In this document: positions 9,966 through 15,883 of the stretch, in pieces
Layout: each line of letters opens with the position of its first letter
Numbering within the stretch: position 1 is the stretch's first letter
Assembly: GCA_024626585.2 (NCBI GenBank)
Contig: JANKJI020000002.1
Span: 144,827,554-144,843,436, forward strand
Source of the DNA: Ginkgo biloba
Taxonomy: Eukaryota; Plantae; Ginkgophyta
Reading direction: 5' to 3'
DNA length: 15,883 nt
Made by a program: the position numbers and the translations under genes
Notes under the pieces: model-generated
The model's input: the letters and a program-made list of their open reading frames with translations, nothing else
The model's database searches: none
What the model was told of the DNA's origin: nothing

Positions 9966-10085
9966 ACTATTGCAACCTCATATATATAACGTGCCTTAAA
10001 CATTTAGTGGATTTCCTCTTTACTTGTTCCTTATAACGTGGCTTCATTCAATATGGGCGTTGACGTTTAGGTTTTGCTCCTTCAA
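9966..10085 (-). pseudogene. pol: Reverse transcriptase N-terminal portion, disrupted
   Basis: LVEGAKPKRQRPY*MKPRYKEQVKEEIH*MFKARYIYEVAI matches the gypsy PxRQRPYRMNP...VKEEIxKMLxAxxIY start. Confidence 0.85.
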
Positions 10086-10526
10086 CCAAACCAATGTTTG
10101 ATCTATGCCATATTCACCATATGTGAGCTCCCGAAAACTATTAGGGTAGTGTTCTTCAATGTGTTGGACAAGTACTTCATTCTTGATGGCTTTAGGCTCA
10201 GGACGTTGTCCATCTTCTGACAATGAATCATCGTTGGCAGTTATGCTATAACATTTTAAAATTTTGATCCTTTCAAAAATTGTTTCTATTGTTTTATGAT
10301 ATTTTTGTATGAACATCTTTGTGAAAATTTTCTTCAATTCAGAGCAACTAACATAACACAAATTTTCTTCTTATTCAACCCATTGTTGTGTATCTTCTAC
10401 AAAAGAATGCACCCAATAGTAGGGCCAAATATAATGTAGAATAATGTTCTTTTGTGAATCTTCTTGCATCGTTTAATATGTTGTTGGAATAGTTATATTA
10501 TATGGTGATAAGGATGGCATCCCCAT

Positions 10527-10745
10527 TCCTCCAAAATGAATCTCGAAACAATGGTATAAATTTGGCCATTCCATACATTCGCCAATATGGGTGAGATACC
10601 ACTTGAATGCTTGCCCTTCTAGTGTCAGTGGTAGCATGGATATCCAAGAATGGCATTCCCAAAAATGAGCATCCATCCATATCTTAATACAAAAATGAAT
10701 ATGTTGGATTACGTCACAAGTTTTAGAAGTGTCAGAGAACTTGGG
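10527..10745 (-). pseudogene. Extra gag/capsid-like domain 1 in the protease-RT spacer
   Basis: Stop-free frame PKFSDTSKTCDVIQHIHFCIKIWMDAHFWECHSWISMLPLTLEGQAFKWYLTHIGECMEWPNLYHCFEIHFGG carries the PKFxG...HI...PxTLxGxAxxWY...WxxLxxxFxxxF pattern of Retrotrans_gag N-terminal halves. Confidence 0.7.
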
Positions 10746-11239
10746 GTTATTGTATTGGAAATACGATGCAGGAGATCGTTAGGTACCCTAATTATTGTGG
10801 TATCGTCATCAACCTCGTCAATATTGGAACATTTGGAGGTTGATGATCCAAAGTCACTAATTACGTCGTCATATTCGTCTTCTTATTTTGTATTGACAAG
10901 TAGGTATGATCCTTGGTTGTTGCATCGAATTAGAGCCAATAGTTTGATAGAAATAGTTTTGAGTTTTCGTAGCCTCATATGCTCCTTGTAGCCAATAAAG
11001 CATATGTTTAGACATAGAGTCCTTCTTTCCGATCTCAATCTCACTATGTATGTTGGGTTCCTTTGAGTAATCCTCTAGCATGTTATGAGCATATTTCACC
11101 ACTTGATAAGCTAATTCAGAGCAAGAACTAGTTGTGGCTTCTATGGCAATGGTGGTGTTGGATGTCATGTTAGAAATATAACGATTTGTCGTAATGTTTG
11201 CATCCATATTTTTTTCTTGTCATAAACCATAAGAGACCA

Positions 11240-11543
11240 ATGATATCACTACCTGTTTGCTATTGCCAAAGAGAGTAATGTGGGCTTACCCCAAATCCTG
11301 GATTGGTTTTGTGTCATACAACCATTGTCTTCCCAATAGGGTGAGGTAGGATGTGTTAGTTTCCATCAGAACTATTGTAAAATCTTGCTTAATGGTGACT
11401 CCTTCAATCATAATAGGGATATCCAATGAAGTACTGAGAGGCTGGATTTCTGACTAGTAGGCAAGGCAAATGGAGTAAGTTGGGGGAATATAATTTGGCT
11501 ACCCTTGTTGAATCCAGGTTGATTCAGGAAGGCCATTCATGCT
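11240..11543 (-). pseudogene. Retropepsin aspartic protease (C-terminal two-thirds), disrupted
   Basis: SMNGLPESTWIQQG*PNYIPPTYSICLAY*SEIQPLSTSLDIPIMIEGVTIKQDFTIVLMETNTSYLTLLGRQWLYDTKPIQDLG*AHITLF matches the xNxLP..W...LADQ..PLG...LLGRPWL pattern. The catalytic D motif would fall in the gap. Confidence 0.8.
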
Positions 11544-11654
11544 NNNNNNNNNNNNNNNNNNNNNNNNNNNNNNNNNNNNNNNNNNNNNNNNNNNNNNNNN
11601 NNNNNNNNNNNNNNNNNNNNNNNNNNNNNNNNNNNNNNNNNNNTATTCTAGGAT

Positions 11655-12345
11655 AAAAACATTTACTTCTTCGAAGTGCTCATTATGAATGTGCCCTTAT
11701 TGATTACAAGGAGGAGGACACCATACATCAGCGTGACTCATGGTGACCACATCCTATTTTAATTTTCAATTTTTGCACGAAGTCTTTTTTGTTGTTGGGT
11801 CCTTTTGTTGTTTTTGGAGTTTCAAGGCTACTTATTCATGCCATAATTGTTTGATCTCTAGATTAGGGGCGGGTGCCAAATAATTATTCATGTGAGAGTG
11901 TTAAGTATTCTTGAATTGGTTCTTAAATATCATTGCCAAATCCCTAACTTGTTAATAACTTTGCATGGGAAATAACCTTACGGAGTTTTGAACATGTGGT
12001 AATAATCCTTGAACGAATATTTTCAGCAAATGTGGAGGGGATGGCTTATATCTTGCTCAAACTTTATTTAGCAGAATTTGCATTCTTCGATCATAATCGT
12101 TGATGGATTCTCTAGGGTGTTGCCAAAAATCTCCCAAAGCTTAAAATATTTTGAGAGGGTCATGTAATTTCTAAAATTGATTCAAAAACATAGTGTGGAT
12201 GTCATCCCAATCGAGTTGTTAATTCTATTATACTAATACCATGCAATGGCAAGTCCTTTAAGAGTGTTGAAGAAACAAGCCTTGATTTCTCTTTAATTGG
12301 TAATGCCTATCATGTCTAGAATATTTTCAAAATAGTGCCAAATGA
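11655..12345 (-). pseudogene. gag: gag (Retrotrans_gag capsid domain plus degenerate zinc knuckle), disrupted
   Basis: Minus-strand fragments: HYFENILDMIGITN*REIKACFFNTLKGLAIAWY / LDWDDIHTMFLNQF*KLHDPLKIF*ALGDFWQHPRESINDYDRRMQILLNKV / LLKIFVQGLLPHVQNSVRL, i.e. LxGxAxxWY, W..F..F, QxxxESxxDYxxR and FVQGL. Knuckle remnant VWCPPPCNQ*GHIHNEH near 11675-11725. Confidence 0.8.
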
Positions 12346-13041
12346 TCTACCAATTTAGCAATGGCATCATAATGAAAATTCACAAAAGCGTGATCATTCT
12401 AAACTAGAATGTATGGATGCTAATTATTATTGTTGTTGTTTGGAGTGTTATATTGGTAATTAATGCATTCATATGTATGAAAAATAGTGTTAAGCAGTGC
12501 TTGTTTTGTTGTCAAAAGATTGAATGTAATATCATTCACAGAAGAGTAAAAAATGTCACTAAAACTCCAATTGTTGAGTTGTGGGGAAGAACAAATTGAA
12601 TCTTGTCAACAATGATCATCAGGAACCATGGGGTCTTTGTCAACATTATCGTTATGCACCAAGATTGTGTCATCTTCAACGTTGTTGAACTTCGTTGTAC
12701 TATCTTCTAGACCAAATTTAGTTTTGGCATCATCTTTATCAAGTGATGGAACCTGCAATTATAGTATTGTCTTATTCTTCTTCCATACCATGACTGTGCT
12801 ACTGCTTGCCCCCTTCTTGTTGGTCAAGTCTTTACCTTTTCTTTTTTCTTTTTTAAGAAGCTAGTTTATTTGTTGTTGCCTTTTTGGCATATTCCTTGTT
12901 TTCTCTATGTTCTACCCAAAGATTGATCACAAATTTATTCTNNNNNNNNNNNNNNNNNNNNNNNNNNNNNNNNNNNNNNNNNNNNNNNNNNNNNNNNNNN
13001 NNNNNNNNNNNNNNNNNNNNNNNNNNNNNNNNNNNNNNNNN

Positions 13042-13985
13042 AATCATAGGATGGCCGAATGCAATTATAATGCTAAAAATAGGAAAAAGACAAAAGATTC
13101 AATGGTGTATCTAGCCAAAGATGAAGCCTTGCCTCTAAAGTTTAGAGGAAGTAACAAATGTGAGGGTAATGGCTATAGAAATTTTTGCTGCAATCAAAAT
13201 AGGAGAAAAAACCAAGATATCCAAGGATCACAAGTGAATTACGATTCGACTAGAGGTCTGATTGTCCAATGTTATAAGTGTTCAAAGTGGGGGCATTTCC
13301 CCAAGGATTTCCTACAACAAATCCAAGGTGACATGATGTTGTGCAGATGGTGCAGACAGAGATCATGCCAATAATAATTGTCGAAACATAAGGACAAAGT
13401 GGCCCATCCTGTTAGAATGGAACCTGTAAAGGAAGAAAATACATGTTGTGTAGGCTTAGAGTAAAGCCAAGCAACAATACCTTAAGCCTTTAGTGGGAAA
13501 AAGAGTGTCTATAGAAGGCAAGTGAGACGATAAGGGAATTGCAGAGGAATGAAGCCTTAAAGACAATACCATCTTAGGAAGTCTGTGAAAAATCTTAGGA
13601 GCCGAAGCCTCAGAGGAGACCTAGACTCCAGATGCTTAAAGTCCAAGCAGACGACGACAAAGTGAGAAATCTAGAGAACATGAACCAAGTAAAGTCGTCC
13701 AATTGAGAATGATACAGTTGTAGAGAATCTACCATTGGGGAAGACCATGCTACAAAATTACGATAAGAGTGATGAATAGAGAACTAAGGTAAACCATTGT
13801 AGATGGAGACTCAGGTATGAATATTATTTCCAATTTTGTATGGTAGCAACTAGGCCAACCTACACTTTGGCCAACAAAGTTTCAATTGAGAATAGTAGAC
13901 CAAAAGCAAGTGGAACCAAAGGACTCTTAATGAGTCAAGTTATTAACATCTTGAGCCAAACATTCAAGGTGGATTTTATGGTCAA
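13042..13985 (+). mobile_element. Second Ty3/gypsy fragment: gag C-terminus with two zinc knuckles plus aspartic protease, disrupted and 3'-truncated
   Basis: VQCYKCSKWGHFPKDF (CX2CX4HX4C with last C>F, from 13270), then LCRWC. Protease TIVDGDSGMNIISNFVW*QLGQPTLWPTKFQLRIVDQKQVEP/GLLMSQVINILSQTFKVDFMV at 13793-13983, an eroded DGGSG motif. Confidence 0.85.
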
Positions 13986-14019
13986 TTTGCAATTCTTAAT
14001 TTCCAAGTGTTAATTATTG

Positions 14020-14408
14020 ATTTCATGTCCCTTGTGTTAGTTATTATTATTATAATTTATTAATAATTTGAAGCTAAATTATTCAAAATATAAACCACTT
14101 ATTAGTAATTATTAAATATTGAAGTATATACATGTTTCATACAATTTATCACTTAAATTACTTTTTCTTGATTAATAATTTTAATAATTAATATTTTTTA
14201 ATTTAAAGAATAATTAATTAAATCTCAATTAACTATTAGTAACTTAACAACTTAACATTATATTTAATTAAAAATATTAATTATTAAAAATTAATTATTA
14301 CTTATTAACTATCAATTATTTTATCAACTCAAGTATCAATTATCAATTATCAATTATAAATAATTAATTATTAATCATTAATTATTAATTATTAATTATT
14401 AAAATTTA
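14020..14408. repeat. Extremely AT-rich low-complexity tract ending in a 7-bp tandem array (TATYAAT)x10 at 14334-14403
   Basis: TATCAAT x3, TATAAAT, AATTAAT, TATTAAT, CATTAAT, TATTAAT x2, TATTAAA, read directly from the sequence. Confidence 0.85.
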
Positions 14409-14508
14409 NNNNNNNNNNNNNNNNNNNNNNNNNNNNNNNNNNNNNNNNNNNNNNNNNNNNNNNNNNNNNNNNNNNNNNNNNNNNNNNNNNNNNNNNNNNN
14501 NNNNNNNN

Positions 14509-15290
14509 ATCTATCTTTTCCTTAGACCAGTTAAGGGATAAATGTCTTAAGAGATTTCAGAGTTACATCCCCTGTACTAATGCCATTAAGATTCTCACCA
14601 CAATGATGTAAGACAATGAAACATCAATCGCCCAACACACCAAGCATTAAAGGATAGCCAAGGTAACATATCCCTGTGTACATCCTAGAGAAGCTAGTAG
14701 CTAGTTTGTGTAGAGTCCTCCTTATGAGTGTGCCCTTCGTGTCATGAACAATCTCCTGAGATATGAAGAACATGTTATTAAGAAGGCTTTCTCCTAGATA
14801 TTTGTCTATAATATTAGGGTTTAGATCCATTGTCAAGTATACCAATATTACTCAACCACCTTATGCTCTACCTAGAACTCCATCTTGACGAGATACCTAT
14901 TTAGTTAGAGATTGATTCATGGGTTTACCTTTGCATTGTAATACTCAACCAAATCCACCTCAACCTTCTAAACATGATATCTTGGGCCAAGTCACCTACA
15001 CCACTCAAGAATAGTCATAAGAATCTTAAGTCAACTTGATTAGTGACTAAGAGAACCCTTCTTCTACCAACCATCCTAATAATAAAAAATAGAATCAAAA
15101 CCCAAATTGAGGAATAATAACAATAGGGATAACTTTAGCAGAGGCCATAACAATAATAGGGATCAAACAAAAAACCAAAACCAAGCTAACACCAACTAAC
15201 CTAAAATGCGATATGATTGTTGTTAAATCAATAATCATGACAAAAAAGACTATAGATATTGGGCTAAGGCTCTTAAGAAACATGCAAGGT
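14509..15290 (+). mobile_element. Third LTR-retrotransposon gag fragment, highly degenerate
   Basis: SLDQLRDKCLKRFQSYIPCTNAIKILTTMM*DNETSIAQHTKH* is an eroded WxxLxxxFLxRF...Q...ESI. It is followed by an Asn/Arg-rich linker NNNNRDNFSRGHNNNRDQ and the knuckle remnant YDCC*INNHDKKDY at 15212-15253 (CX2CX4HX4C with two C>Y). Confidence 0.6.
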
Positions 15291-15883
15291 CATAGAGTCA
15301 CACCCAATCCAGCATAAGAGGCTTTTCTTACTCATTCATTAGTTTATATGGTGGAGGCACATCATCAGGGAAAATCTTAGGGGTGAAGTATAGCCAATTG
15401 GCGATTTTTTTGTGAATTCTAACATTAATTTGTAAGCGACATATAGCCTTAATATGGTTAAAAGGTATATGAAAAAGATTACATTAGCTCATATATCTAA
15501 CTATGAAAAAATAAAGTAGCCCTAAACAAAACAATGTCACACATATGGAAGACAAAATCACCTCGACAAACGATTTATGCCAAGCGATTTTGAGTTTTCT
15601 TTGCCCTTGTGTTGGTTATCTGCTATGGTTTATGGAAGACGAAATCACCACTATGAATAGAGCAATGTGATAGTGTCAATCATTCTCATTTCAATCACAT
15701 CCACAGAAATTTGGAAGCAGTCGTAGCGTTAGAGATTTGGAAGCTTTCGTTAGATATTTTGAATTCTAGAAGACAATCACCAAGTGGTCAATTCAAGAGA
15801 AGAACATTAAGTGTGATTCTAACAGTTTTCTAAAATGGAACCACAATTTTTTGGATTGAAACCCTACGAAGATTTTTAGTTTT

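Larger units (their letters stand above)
6370..12941 (-). mobile_element. Degenerate Ty3/gypsy LTR retrotransposon (probably non-chromovirus), internal region spanning four contigs: gag-PR-(2x capsid-like)-RT-RH-INT-accessory ORF
   Basis: Domains occur in gypsy order on one strand across gaps. RT breaks at 9966 after VKEEIH*MFKARYIYEV and resumes at 9865 with IMLEDQLKTMFV. Many stops and frameshifts; LTRs not seen. Inclusion of the 6249-7494 contig is inferred. Confidence 0.8.

Noticed and set aside
9650-10003. 117-aa ORF and other X-containing ORFs (4651, 6114, 7455, 7466, 12853, 12884, 12907)
   Set aside because: They stay open only because N runs contain no stops, and the frame across placeholder gaps is meaningless.
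10650-10991. Plus-strand ORFs 10650-10991, 6443-6772, 7637-7915, 12417-12599, 12628-12864
   Set aside because: Antisense shadows of the minus-strand retroelement frames, with no independent motifs.
15095-15283. Hydrophobic 62-aa ORF resembling a membrane peptide or env
   Set aside because: It is the antisense of the A-rich Asn/Arg gag linker and zinc knuckle on the plus strand.
1-15883. Prokaryotic operon, retron or defence system built around the RT and the archaeal-type enzyme
   Set aside because: The enzyme gene has spliceosomal introns and the RT belongs to a dead Ty3/gypsy pol. Their proximity needs no functional link.

Overview
AT-rich land-plant nuclear DNA, not prokaryotic. The TE families and their decay suggest a large-genome gymnosperm or fern (inference). 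The window is ten contigs joined by nine fixed 100-N gaps (1019-1118, 2302-2401, 4728-4827, 6149-6248, 7495-7594, 9866-9965, 11544-11643, 12942-13041, 14409-14508) plus a 10-N gap at 419-428. The only intact-looking host gene is the 3' end (three coding exons, + strand, 2403-3717) of the plant homologue of archaeal-type 3-dehydroquinate synthase II. Most of the rest is decayed retroelement sequence: an L1-type LINE zf-RVT fragment (~300-620, +), a tRNA-Met PBS/LTR junction that is tandemly duplicated (2129-2190, -), and two further gag or gag-protease fragments on + (13042-13985, 14509-15290). One long Ty3/gypsy element on - reads collinearly across four contigs: gag, protease, two extra capsid-like domains, RT, RNase H, integrase and a 3' accessory ORF (~12941 to ~6370). 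The most unusual observations are the tandem gag-like domains between protease and RT, the 3' accessory ORF, the doubled PBS, and alternative-splice signals at the end of the DHQS-II gene. All domain calls come from manual translation and motif recognition; no database search was run.
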